Below are positions 1 to 12,570 of a stretch of DNA of 64,000 nt, one piece after another. Location of the stretch: contig NC_042997.1 in assembly GCF_006345805.1 (NCBI RefSeq), positions 113,522,001 to 113,586,000 of the forward strand, given 5' to 3'. The translations under genes were made by a program, and so were the position numbers. The notes below the pieces were generated by a model. That model searched no databases, was not told the DNA's origin, and worked only from the letters and a program-made list of their open reading frames with translations. The stretch's first letter is position 1; every line of letters begins with the position of its first letter. The DNA is from Octopus sinensis (taxonomy: Eukaryota).

Positions 1-594
1 CAAATATATTATTCTGAAGTAAGAATATTATTGACAGTAACATCAAAGTTTGATGATGGGTTAACTGGCCGAAACTTCAAAGTCACTATCAATAACATTC
101 TTGTTTAATAATAATAATGTGTGTGTGTGTGTGTGTTATGAGTATTTAAAAAAGAAACAAATGAAACATTGCCAACTTGCTGAAGACTAGGTCTTCAGTT
201 TCATTCACATGACATTTCTAATAAATTTCAAGAAAACCTTACACATGTGTTTGACAGATAGAGAGATAGATAGATAGATAGATAGATAGGGGAGAGAGAG
301 AGAGGGGGGAGCAAGAAAGCAAGGTACAGCAACGAGGTTGACTGAGTGAGTGAAGTAAACTAGCTGAAGCCAAACATTCTGCCATACATTCCCACCTTCC
401 CTGTGCAGCATCATTAAAGGCTGAAGAATATTGATGTTTTCTTATTCTTTTTAGTCTTCTCATCATTCATCTTGTACAGCTGCTGTCTGCTCTATTTAGC
501 CTTTTCCCCTTCTCAGCTGTTTAACAGTTGACTGTCAGCTGAAGATGCTTTTCATTTGTGACTTCTTTTTGCAAGTACTTGGTGACCCTCTCAG

Positions 595-970
595 TGCTGA
601 TGCCACTTAAAAGCACCCAGTCTTCACTGTAAAGTGTTGGCTGTTTGGAAAGGCATCCAGCTGTAAAAAACCTTGCCAAAACTGACCTCACCTGTGCTTG
701 TGCCTCTTAAAAAGCACTAAGTCCACTCTGCTGAGTGGTTGGTGTTAGGAAGGGCATCCAGCTGTAAAGACCTGGCCAAAACTGACCTCACCTGTGCTTG
801 TGCCTCTTAAAAAGCACCCAGTCCACACTGTAAAGTGGTTGGCATTTGGAAGGGCATCCAGATATAAAAACCTGGCCAAAACTGACCTCCCTTGTGCTTG
901 TGCCATGTAAAATGCACTAAGTCCACTTTGGCGAATGGTTGGTGTTAAGAAGGGCATCCAGCTGTAAAAA
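595..970 (+). repeat. Four ~100-bp tandem units in ABAB order within a family C copy
   Basis: GGCATCCAG recurs at 652, 753, 853 and 953; units 1 and 3 share AAGCACCCAGTC, units 2 and 4 share GCACTAAGTCCACT. Confidence 0.8.
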
Positions 971-1159
971 TCCTGCCAAAGCAGTGACAGAAGCCTGGTC
1001 AGCTCTTGTGATACCATCCCACTCATGCTAGCATGGACGGCAGACATTAAATGATGATGATGATGTTTATGGTCAAGAATTTCAATCTGCTGCTCTTATA
1101 TTCACCTTCCTGTGCTTTGAAGGTGCATCCCTGATAATTTGTTGTCTACATAAGCTCAG

Positions 1160-1930
1160 GTGAAGGTGAGTGGCTTAGTGGTTAGGGTGACTGACTCATG
1201 ATCGTAAGGTTAGGAGTTCGATTCTTGGCAGTGCATTGTGTCCTTGAGCAAGACGCTCTGTCTCATGTTGCTCCAGCCCACCCAGCTGGCAAAAATGAGT
1301 TGTACCTGTATTTCAAAGGGCCAGCCTTGTCACGTTCTGTATCATGCTGAATCTCCCAGGGAACTACATTAAGGGTACATGTGTCTTATTTCTTTATTGC
1401 CCACAAGGGGCTAAACATAGAGGGGACAAACAAGGACAGACAAAGGGATTAAATCGATTACATTGACCCCAATGCGTGAATGGTACTTAATTTATCAAGG
1501 TCAAAAGGATGAAAGGCAAAGTCAACCTCGGCGGAATTTGAACTCAGAACCTAACAGCAGACGAAATACCTATTTCTTTACTGCTCACAAGGGGCTAAAC
1601 ACAGAGGGGACAAACAAGGACAGACAAATGGATTAAGTCGATTACATCGACCCCAGTGCATAACTGGTACTTAATTTATCAACCCCGAAAGGATGAAAGG
1701 CAAAGTCGACCTCGGCGGAATTTGAACTCAGAACGTAACAGCAGACGAAATACCTCTAAGCATTTCATCCAGCATGCTAATGTTTCTGCCATCTCACCAC
1801 CTTAAAGACACATGTACATTAAGGGTACAATTGTCTGTGGAGTACTCAGCCACTTGCATGTTAATTTCATGAGCAGGCTGCTCCATTGATTGGATCGACT
1901 GGAACCCTCGTTGTCATAACCAACAGAGTG
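1160..1930 (+). mobile_element. tRNA-derived SINE family F (interrupted)
   Basis: Head GTGGCTTAGTGGTTAGG..GAGTTCGATTC; body GTGTCCTTGAGCAAGAC..GTACCTGTATTTCAAAGGG. Other copies at 20680-20940 and 59862-60420; related heads at 26735-27000, 27500-27770 and 63178-63240. Confidence 0.8.
1386..1803 (-). mobile_element. SINE family B dimer nested in a family F SINE
   Basis: Two reverse monomers; 15-bp direct repeat TACATTAAGGGTACA at 1365-1379 and 1815-1829. Confidence 0.8.
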
Positions 1931-2587
1931 CCAGTTAGTTGCATAACCTCTGTTTTTTCCATTTACAGAAACCATTTATCTTCTCCACAGCAAGATACCT
2001 GTTCCTGTCCCTCTATCGTACTTTCACCTCCTTCAGTACTACACCCACCCACTCATCTACACTCATTTGAGGGGTTTTCTCTTGCAAGGTACTTGGTGAC
2101 CTCACTGGTGCTGGTGCCTCATTAAAAAGCACCCAGCAGACACTGTGCAAAGTGGTTGGTGTCAGGAAGGGCATCCCAGCTGTAGAAAATCTGCCAAAAC
2201 AGACAATGGAGATTGGCAAAGTGCTCTGGTTTGTCAGTCCCTGTTGGATCGTCCAACCCATGACAACATGGAAAGTGGATATTAAATGATAATGATGACG
2301 GTGATGACAACGCTGTTGCTGCAAGTGTAAGGTCTATTACGTGGACATCAAACGTTCGTTCAGGCTGGCTACCAATTAAGCTATTTATGGGCAGTAAACA
2401 GGTGTTCAGGCTGGTTACCAAACACCTTGACCTCACAACTAATCTATGTGAGACTGTAAAGTTTCCTCTTCCGCCTCATCCTCATCCTCCTCTCCCTCTC
2501 CCTTCTCCTCTTCCCCCTCCTCTTCATCCTTCTCATCCAGATCTAAGCAAAGACTCCCTCATTAGGATTACACTGTTGTATTCCTAG

Positions 2588-2689
2588 CTACAAAAGCCTT
2601 GTCCATCTGTCACCAACCATGGGTTGAATATTAATGCTATATGGAATATAGCACCAATTTTGGGTGGTATATCTATGTTATCGTCTAGC
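2588..2689 (+). CDS. Weak candidate exon (102 nt, phase 0-0)
   Basis: TTGTATTCCTAG acceptor, AGC|GTAAGT donor; open frame LQKPCPSVTNHGLNINAIWNIAPILGGISMLSSS. Confidence 0.22.
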
Positions 2690-3266
2690 GTAAGTGATGT
2701 ATTCAATGTTCTTGAAGATACTAGAGTGCTATCTGTCATCATATGCTGATGTTTGCTTCTTGCTACCCTGGGTGATACCAGAAAAATATGGCGTACAATT
2801 ATTATAATTTAACTTTTATTAAATTTTTTGGTGCTTTTTTTTAAAATGATGAAATGAATATTAATTTTCAAAAGATATATTATTCTGTCTCCTCCTCCTC
2901 CTTTGTCCCTATGATCCTTTTTCTCTCACTATGTGTGTAGTGTTCCTTTACTCATTGCCAACCACTACACCTAGTATGTGCACTCATCCTGCACCTCTTA
3001 TGCTAACTGTCTCTATATTTCTCTTTTACTCTCTCTCTTCCTCCTCTCTCTGTATAATGTAAATCAGCCAACCAATGAATCTACACTACATCAACTATTA
3101 TTATTATTATTATTATTATTATGCTACCAAGGTCGGCTTTGCCTTTCATCCTTGATAACATATGTACCAGGTGAATGCTGGGATTGCTGTCATCGACTTA
3201 CCCCTCTCCCAAAAATTGCTGGCCTTGTGCCAAAATTTGACACCATTATTATTATCATTGTTGTTG

Positions 3267-3304
<38 letters not shown>

Positions 3305-4633
3305 GTTATTATTGTTATTATTATTATTATTATACTGTGTGTGGTATGTCTTGTGTTATGTGAGGTATATTATGCACCATAAATTCAATGTTAAACAGAA
3401 TATAGCATTGACTGTGTGCGATACATTAAATGTTCTATCAGATAATAAATATATCAAATCATTGAAAATAAGAGACATGTTATACAACTATATCATCTAC
3501 CATATGTAATACCACCACCATCACCACCATCTTAAGTAATATATTCATTGAATTTAATAGAGATGTGGTTTCTGCCCTGTTGTAGCTTATAAGAGCATAG
3601 AGTGGTTTAATTACTTCAAACAGGTCAGGCAATGAAATCTTTAGATTCAGCTACTTTCTTTCACATGCCTTATGTTGTTTATATTGTCTAGACACTGTTT
3701 ATAGCAGTGAAAGGTTACATGTGTGTGTGTGTGTGAGAGAGAGAGAGAAGGCACTGATGGCCGTTATTGAAAAATCTTGTTATTTCCATTTTCAATTATG
3801 GTTTATTATATATACGACAAACGTTTTTTTTTTTTTTTCACATGAAGGAAGTTCACCCACATTTAGGTTAATATAAAAGACCTTGAAACCTCAGAAACAC
3901 AGCACAAACGCACAGCTTTAAAGCTCCTGATGAGATAAGGTCTGTGACTTCCGCTTTTACAAGTTTCACTTGATTTGCAATATTAATCACCCTTTGTGAA
4001 GACATAAGCATCACATGATCCCATTTCCTATCTCCTCTAATGCTGTCTGCTCAACATAGTTATCAGAAACAAAAGCAGCAGCAGCCCCAGCAGTAGTAGT
4101 AGTAATAGTAGTAGTAGAACCACTTAATTATCTAACCTATCTGTCTAGCATTCATTCTCTTCTGCTCCCTCTCTTCTCTCTCTCTCTCTCTCAACACTTC
4201 TTAAGCCTCTTCATCCCCCTTGCTCTTCACCCAATCACCACAGCCACCCCTTCCTGGTTTAAGGTTGGCTGCAATTGGTATGGCTGGTGTCCAGCCCGAG
4301 CATCTGTTAGGGTAACAAATCTTACTGATAAGACAACTGGGAGCCTGGTTCAAATACTTGCTTCAAGCTTAACACTGCTAAAAGCAATTGTTTGGTTCAG
4401 TGCCAAAAATTTTTGAGTTGTAGAGTATGTACAGTTGAGTCAGAACTGACGGAATCTGTGTCTGTCTCTGATAATGGCTTCAAATTGTTGATTCAACGAC
4501 TAAAACTTAACTGAAATACTTTAACCCTTTTGTTGCCATAATTCTGTAGAATGCAATGTCTCTGTTTCAATTAATTTTGAAAATAATGAAGAATTTAGCG
4601 AAATAATTTTTGTGCATGTGTTTGTGCTTGTTA

Positions 4634-5050
4634 GGCGCAGGAATGGCTGTGTGGTAAGTAGCTTGCTTACCAACCACATGGTTCTAAGTTCATTCCCACT
4701 GCGTGGCACCTTGGGCAAGTGTCTTCTACTATAGCCTTGGGCCGCCCAAAGCCTTGTGAGTGGATTTGGTAGATGGAAACTGAAAGAAGCCCGTCATATA
4801 TATGTACATATATATGTATTTGTGTGCGTATATGTTTGTGTGAGTTTGTTTGTCCCCCAATATTGCTTGACAACCGATGGTGGTGTGTTTACGTAACCGT
4901 AACTTAGCGGTTTGGCAAAAGAGACCGAAAGAAAAAGTACTAGGCTTACAAAGAATAAGCCCTGGGGTCAATTTGCTTGACTAAAGGCAGTGCTCCAGCA
5001 TGGCCGCTGTCAAATGACTGAAACAAGTAAAAAGAGAGAGAGTAAAGAGT
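4634..5050 (+). mobile_element. tRNA-derived SINE family A (full length)
   Basis: Head GGCGCAGG.GTGGCTGTGTGGTAAG with B-box-like GTTCA; CORE-like CACCTTGGGCAAGTG; internal (TA)/(TG) tract; tail GACTGAAACAAGTAAAAGAG. Confidence 0.9.
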
Positions 5051-5307
5051 TATTATTAAACTATCATTTGAAACATAAATTAACATGGAATTTTGATGCA
5101 AGCTTTTCATTTGGATCACTTTAACTCTTTTGTTTCCATAATTCTCTTGAAATACATTGTCTTTGTTTGAATTAATTTTGGGAATAATAAAGAATTTTGT
5201 ACAATAACTTTCTCATTATTAAGCTTGTGTTTAGAGTAATAAATGAATATGGAATTTTGATGAAAATATTTTAGAACACTTAAAAACAGGAAGTTTATAT
5301 ATATATG

Positions 5308-6095
5308 GGCGCAGGCGTGGCTGTGTGGTAAGAAGCTTGCTTTCTAACCACATGGTTCCGGGTTCAGTCCCACTACATGGTACCTTGAGCAAGTGTCTTC
5401 TGCTATAGCCTCAGGCTGACCAAAGCCTCGTAAGTGGATTTGTCAGATGGAAACTAAAAGGAACCTGTCGTCTGTGTGCATGTGTGTTTATGAATGTGTG
5501 CTTGTGTTTGTGTTTGTCTCCCCACCACCATCGCCTGACAACCGATGTTTGTGTATTTACATTCCTGTAACTTAGCAGCTCAGCAAAAGAGACCGATAGA
5601 ATAAGTACTAGGCTTGCAAACAATAAGTCCTGGGGGCGACTTGTTTGACTAGATAGGTGGTGCTCCAGCATGGCTGCCGTCAAATGACTGAAACAAATCC
5701 ATATATATATATAAAGCTGAAGTTGTCTGTGTATGGCTGGTTTGGTAGCCTTCAACTAACACTATCTCCTCCGAGACCCTACGGCGCAAGTTGACTAAAA
5801 TTGAGAGTATGATAGAAGAAGGCTTGCTCTTCATTCCATAGAAGAAAAAATTCAAATTGGACCATATTAAGACCAAAAATTATTTACATCAAAAAGGTGC
5901 CTTTTTTCTATGAAAATCCCTATTTTTATGATTTTTTGACTGCTGTGTATTTCAACCAGAAAAATGTTCACTTAAAGAGAATAACAAGCTACTTAATGCA
6001 AAATGTTTACTTTTCAAAAATTCCAATTCTAAAGGGTCGAAACAAACCCGAGCAATGCCGGGCGATACTGCTAGTAAAAGAATAAAAGAATAATA
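5308..6095 (+). mobile_element. SINE family A, tail split by the Helitron at 5698-6074
   Basis: Collinear with 4634-5050. Confidence 0.9.
5698..6074 (+). mobile_element. Non-autonomous Helitron
   Basis: Starts TC, ends CCCGAGCAATGCCGGGCGATACTGCTAG, inserted between A and T of a SINE tail (GAAACAAA^TAAAAGAATAAAAG) with no TSD. Confidence 0.9.
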
Positions 6096-6566
6096 TAGAA
6101 CCAGGGACAATCCCAGCCTTCTTGATTGCAAAAGGATTAATCCATGCTGCAGATTCAACTCACCGAGTGATTACCATTCTTGTGTGATGATGGAATTCTC
6201 TGTGGTTGAAACATCGTAGGAGCTAAGAAATTGGACAGTTCCAGAAGCAAAAAAATATCAAACATCTGTAACCTTTCTCCAAATCAATTTGGCTGTCAAA
6301 CAAAGATGGACATATATTCCTACCACCATTTAAACTCTTCACATAACTACTCTCTCATTTACTCACCACTCCTCTTCTGCCTGTATGATTCTTTCTGTGT
6401 GTGTGTGAAGCATTCCTATACTCATTGCCTGCCACCAAGCCTTGTATGTGCACTCATTCTACATCTCTTGTGTTAACTCTATATTTTACTCTGTCTATGC
6501 AGCTAGCTGATCCAGAAGAATGAGCTGTACTAGTGGTGGTGGAGGTGGGTTAGGCTAGAGTAGAGG

Positions 6567-6618
<52 letters not shown>

Positions 6619-7287
6619 CTATACCACAGTTAAAACTAGCTATTTCTCTACCATAAGAAAATCTCCCAGACTGCTGGGAGTATGTGGTGAAGCAAATTTT
6701 TTGCTGAATCCTAATTATAATTATACTCATAATTATCAAATTTTTTGTTTAAGTTTACCAATAATGGTTCTTTTAACATACCGAACTACTTGGTAAAATT
6801 ATTAATTAATTAATTAATCTTACCCTTTATTATTATATATAGCTAGCTAGTTAGCTATGAAGAACAGGCTGTAGTAGTAGTAGTAGTAGTAGAAGAGAAA
6901 GAGCTGGGAAAAAAAGAATCCTGTAAGCCAGTGGTTGGTGTGTGTTGGTCAATGAGTTATTGTGAATGACTGTTTTCTATGTAATCTATAGTGTGTGTAG
7001 TAGTAGTAGTAGTAGTAGTAGCAGCAGCAGCAGTATTGTCCCACATATGTGAACACTATTTCAATGTGAAGAAGGTCAACAACGGGACAAGACTGAAGTA
7101 TTTTCTGGCCTGAAGAAGTCTTGTCTAAAGGATATAGTTTTGATGAATTGACCCCATTTAAAGGCAGTGATTACTGTGCCAAGTGTCTGAACAAATCTGA
7201 CCCTCTGAGTTCAAATCCCACCATGGTCAACTTAGATTTTTCATCCATTTGGGGGTTGATAGAAAAAGAAAAAAAATGTTACTAATA

Positions 7288-7451
7288 GGCGCAGGAGTGG
7301 CTGTGTGGTAAGAAGCTTGCTTCCCAACCACATGGTTCCAAGTTCAGTCCCACAGCGTGGCACCTTAGGCAAGCATTTTTTCTACTATAGCCTCAGGTCG
7401 ACAAATCCTTGTGAATGGATTTAGTAGACAGAAACTGAAAGAAGCTCATCA

Positions 7452-7516
<65 letters not shown>

Positions 7517-7675
7517 TTGTGTGTCTGTCCCTCCAACCATTGCTTGACAACCAGTGCTGGTGGGTTTACATCCCTATAGCTTAGCGGTTCAAAGAACAAG
7601 TCCTGGGGTCCATTTCTTTGACTAAAGGCGGTGCTCCATCAAGGCCACAGTCAAATGACTGAAACAAGTAAAACC
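7288..7675 (+). mobile_element. SINE family A
   Basis: Collinear with 4634-5050; expanded internal (TA)n. Confidence 0.9.
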
Positions 7676-8059
7676 AAAAAAAGGAAAATAAGGTGTCTGT
7701 AGTGCTACAGTTTCTTCGAGATAAAGCAATAAATTTCTTGACAATTCTATGTTTTTTTGTAAATTGTTTATCATTTTGTTGTTAAGGTTTAATAAATCTT
7801 GGTAAATTGAATAGTTTTTGTTTTTTTTGTGACTGGAAACAAAATGAGGTTTTGACAGACAAGAGTATTTTGTATGTCTGTGTACAGGCATTGGTATCTT
7901 CAAGTGCAATATGCTAATGACAATGATGATGATGGTGGTGGTGATGATGGCAGTGGTGGTGGTTGTGTTGGTAGTAGTTAGTGATGGTGGTGGTGGTTAT
8001 GGGGATGAAGATGGTAATGATAATAGTTATGATGGCATTTCTGGCAGTGATGGTGGTGA

Positions 8060-8445
8060 GGAGACCTATTGAATCAAGTACATCAAAATTAAAATAAATA
8101 TCAAATGGAAATTGTAGTTGCGATACGTGTGCCTGTGGCATGTAAAAAGCACCAACTGAATGTGGCCGATGCCAGCACCGCCTTGACTGGCTTCTGTGCC
8201 GGTGGCACGTAAAAAGCACCAACTGATCGTGGCTGTTGCCAGTCTCCCCTGTGCCAGTGGCAGGTAAAAAGCACCCACTACACTCACGGAGTGTTTGGCA
8301 TTAGGAAGGGCACCCAGCTGTAGAAACTCTGCCAGATCAGACTGGAGCCTGGTGCAGCCTCCTGACTTCCCAGACCCCGGTCGAACCGTCCAACCCGTGC
8401 TAGCATGGAAAACAGACGTTAAACAATGAGGATGATGATGTTACG
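8060..8445 (+). repeat. Family C repeat (5'-truncated RTE 3' UTR)
   Basis: GGCACGTAAAAAGCACC subrepeats, TTAGGAAGGGCATCCAGCTGTAGAAA, (GAT)n tail. Other copies near 590-1065, 2085-2310, 13745-13960, 15175-15345(-), 21290-21400, 22660-22920, 26470-26720, 27240-27490, 29575-29840, 36740-36890, 49905-50330(-), 51100-51430(-), 54310-54665 and 58690-58915. Confidence 0.85.
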
Positions 8446-11119
8446 AAGATGGTGGGATATCCATGTTAGTAGTAGCAGTACCACTTCTGTACGTATCTAT
8501 CCTTTATTTATCCATCCTGTGCCTATCTATTGTATATTTTAGATGGTTAATAAATATCACAACAACCATTCCAGTATCTTTACACAATATTTCAGTGAAA
8601 GTGTTGGCAATTAGTGGCAGAACATATTACTAATTGATATTTCTGTCTCTCGTTCACTCATTTATATAACAACCAGCTCCCATAAAGCACTTGTGAATTA
8701 TATTTTATCATTTCCTGACTGATTTCCTGATAATTATTCCCAGTTTTCAAGTTTGTTATATAATAAAAGCAGCCATTAATCTCTATTTACAACTATGAAC
8801 AGTTCGTTTCAGATTCTCACGAAACAGTTCTCTCGGTGTTGTTTCTCATTCACAATAATTTTGCTATGTTACTGAGTACAAACCGAACGCCATTTATGGA
8901 GAGCCTGAGTGAAGTAAATACTTTTTTTAATTACTTCGTTAAAAATAATTAGATCTTGTTATGAAATAAGGTTTTAAATTTCGAGGAAGGTCATAAATAA
9001 ATTGACGTTATTTTCATTTGTTTTCATAATGCTTGGCAACATGGAAATATTCACAGATTTAACCCTTTTGATACGAACCTACATGAGACTGCTCTTGGTT
9101 CTCTGATAGAAACCCCACCGTCATCTAAATTAAAACCTTCAACCAAAATTCCTTGTTAATTAATGCTCTAAACACCAGCTTAACAATAGTAACTTCACTA
9201 AATTAATTAAAACAAATGCAGTAGAAATATGTAGAATTGCATAGAAATATGATAACAAAAGTGTTAAAGCGATAAAAATTAAAACCTTCCATCAAAATTC
9301 TGTATTAAATTATGCTCCAAACACCATCTTACTTCGTTTCTACCTGCCTTAGAAGGTTGGGGCATTGTCCTGCCTACTCTAACCAAAACATCATCATTAT
9401 TTTAACATCCATTTTCCCATGACTGCATGGGTTGCTCATTGTAGGATGCTCTTCCTGTTACTCACACCTTTCCTGACAAGTTAATTTTTCCCCATGGTTG
9501 GGCATGTTTTCACAGAAGACTGGAAACAAACAACACTGCTTGTATAACAGTGATGCTCGTTTACAGCTACAGCATGACATTGAGACAAAGAAACAAACAC
9601 ACATCGACAAACTTTTTTCCAGATTCTATTTACCAAATCTACTCACAAGGCCTTGGTTGGCCTAGGGTTATATAGTAGAAGACAGTTGTCTAAGGTGCTG
9701 CACAGTGGGACTGACCCAAGATCATATGGTTAGGAAGTAAACTTCTTAACCAACAGCACCCTCCCCCAAAGGTTGAAGGAGGAGATAACTGAGAAGGGGG
9801 ATACAACATTGAACTATTCCCTCAATGGTCATCAATTCAAATTTCACATTACCTGACTGGTCAGTGCTGTTGGCTAAAGATACCAGGTTATCTAGAAAAG
9901 CTAGCCACAGTGTTGCCTGATATTGTACCCAGGGTCATATTATTTATCTTATACCTGCTGAAGACCATAAATCCAGAAACAAATACTTTTCTTTTGGTTT
10001 TCTTTTTTTTTTTAAAAAGAAGCCTTACAATGAACCTGCTCTACCAACTTATTAGAAACAGCAGCCAAATTAGCTTCACACCATCATATCATCATCATCA
10101 ATCTGTTATGTCTGGTTTCCATGCAGACATGAGCTGGTTGGTTCAACAAGACCCCAAAAGGTCAGAGCACATGTCTTGCTCCAAGTCACTTCCATGTATC
10201 TTTAAAAAAAAAGGAGGGGTTCCACAAGATACTCGTCTTGCCTTAAAATAAGGCGAGATGGTCATGGGTTGAATACTATTGATCATAGGTTTGTTCAGAT
10301 AAGGCTGACCTTGGGTTTAAACAACAACAACAGCAACAGTGGAGGCGCAATGGCCCAGTGGTTAGGGCAACGGACTCGTGGTCATAAGAATGCCCTTTCG
10401 ATTCCCAGACCAGGTATTGTGAGTATTTATTGAGCAAAAGCACCTAAGCTCCATGAGGTTCCAGTGGTGGTCGTGGGGTGGGGGGGAACCCTGCTGTACT
10501 CTTTCACCACAACTTTCTCTCACTCTTTCTTCCTACTTCTGCCACAAAGCAGAGGAACCATGGTGTAACTCACTATGGTGTGGTAAACTTTCAGACCTTA
10601 GTCTAAATTGCGAATCCTCTGTACCCTAGGATGGTTCAGCTCTCCACCTGTTAAAAGCCACCATTTATGGAATGAGGATAACAACATAGCTTTTGCGCCC
10701 ATGTAACCGCCAGTCTATCGCGTGTGGTGGGTGGATCTTCAAGTTGCCACACACATTCTTAGTAGCTTAGAGTAGGCTCTAATTAGAGATTATTCTTTGT
10801 GGCTAATGGCGTGAGTCCTGATTGGAAGAAGGAGAAGAAAACAGCAATAAACCTTCAGAATGCCTTCTAAAAACAAGCTATTATACAATAGTTTCAAATT
10901 ATATTTATCTTTGTAGGGTGTATATTTCTAGATATACAAGCTTTGTATTCTGTGTGCACAGCTGTTCCATATGCTCTGCACATTTGCTACACATGCACAC
11001 TCTCATGCATATGCAATGGGCGTCTTTCACTCACAAGGCTTTGGTTGACGCAGAGCTGTAGAATAAGTCAGACCAAGCATAAAACTAAATAGTAGGAAAG
11101 CAGTATACATGTGTGTGTG

Positions 11120-11520
11120 CAAGGCGGTAAGCTGGTAGAAGCGTTAGCATGCCGGGTGAAATGCTTAGCTGTATTTCGTCTGCCGTTACGTTCTGAGTTC
11201 AAATTCCACTGAGGTCAGCTTTACCTTTCATCCTTTCGGGGTCAATTGAATAAGTACCAGTTATGCACTGGGGTCGATATAATCGGCTTAATCTGTTTGT
11301 CTTTGTTTGTCCCTTCTATGTTTAGCCCTTTGTGGGTAGTAAAGAAATAGGTATTTCATTTGTTTTTACGTTCTGTGTTGTAATTCCTCTGAGATCGACT
11401 TTGCCTTTCATCCTTTTGGGGTTGATAAATTAAGTACCGGTTGTGTACTGGGATTGATCTAATCAACTGGCCCCTTCACCCAAAATTTCAGGCCTTGTGC
11501 CTAGAGTAGAAAAGAATATT
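11120..11520 (+). mobile_element. tRNA-derived SINE family B, dimeric form
   Basis: Head GAGCTGGCAGAA.CGTTAGCA with B-box GAGTTCAAATTCC; central GCCTTTCATCCTTTCGGGGTCGATAAATTAAGTACCAG (resembles the Meta/Sauria-type conserved domain, inference); two monomers with different tails. Confidence 0.85.
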
Positions 11521-11530
11521 ATTTGAGAAT

Positions 11531-11865
11531 AAGGTGGTGAGCTGGCAGAAATGTTAGCATGCACGAAGCGGGTTGCCCGCCGCAGTGGCGACGGCGACGA
11601 CCTGAAAGGCACCTGGGATGCCAAGTCCAACGCCAACTCTACAGCCCCGTACCGGTCCACCGCTTCGCGTGAAGACGTGTTCCGACGCCGAGTGAGCAGT
11701 ATTTCATCTTTCTTTACATTCTGAGTTCAAATTCTGCCGAGGTTGACTTGCCTTTCATCATTTCGGGGTCGATAAATTAAGTACCAGTTGTGTACTGGGG
11801 TCGATCTAACTGACTGGCCACCTCACCCCAAATTTCGGGCTTTGTACCTAGAGTAGAAAAGAATA
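11531..11865 (+). mobile_element. SINE family B interrupted by a GC-rich 132-bp insert
   Basis: Head to 11562; resumes at 11695 (AGCAGTATTTCATC). Confidence 0.85.
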
Positions 11866-12570
11866 TATATGTGCATACATGTGTGTGTATATGTGTGTCT
11901 GTATGATTGGCTTCTTCCAGTTTCTGTCTATTATATCCACTCACAAGGCTGTAGTAATTGGCATGGGGCTACAGTAGAGAAAGTTACTCAAAGTGCCACA
12001 CTCTAGGATTGAACCTGGAACTGTATGGTTGTGAAACAAACCTCTTAACCACACGACCATTCTTACAGTGTACCATATTTTAGAATAAACATCTTTTTAC
12101 CTTAAATGCGTATATGTATGTATAAAGACTCTGTGTGTGTGTATGCTTGGGCACAGCTGTTCTATACATGCATACAACCCACACATACTTGCACATGCTC
12201 TCTTTCACACACACACACACACACACACACTTCACTGTTCCCATGTGGTTAGCATCTTTTTCAGAATTTCAAGATAGCTAGTGAGTGGTGGTGGTGGTGG
12301 GTCAGTGATTGATTGATGAGCTGACAAGACTGAAGACTGTTGTTTGTGATTAATGAAGTTAGTTAATCATCGGTTCTGGATAAGTGTATAATAATGGTAA
12401 TGTTGGCTCTGTCAGGCATTTCTTGAATAACAAAACTTTTTTTCTTACTGGATCCAGAAGCCATTATGAGAGGTTTAAAGTGTTTTGTATTCTTTGATGA
12501 TAATGTTGGGAATAGGTGAAGTTCTTTAAGCTTTATTTCAAATGTGTGTTTGCATACATATACATACATC

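Noticed and set aside
2978-3509. Poly-Leu/Ile ORFs resembling transmembrane proteins; also 26204-26614 and 37219-37494
   Set aside because: Derived from (ATT)n/(GTT)n microsatellites.
4634-4710. tRNA gene calls for SINE heads (families A, B, E, F)
   Set aside because: A/B boxes are present but there is no full cloverleaf, and each continues into a SINE body.
6087-6340. Possible ancient LINE or exon-like coding remnant
   Set aside because: Frames are interrupted and no diagnostic motif was recognised.
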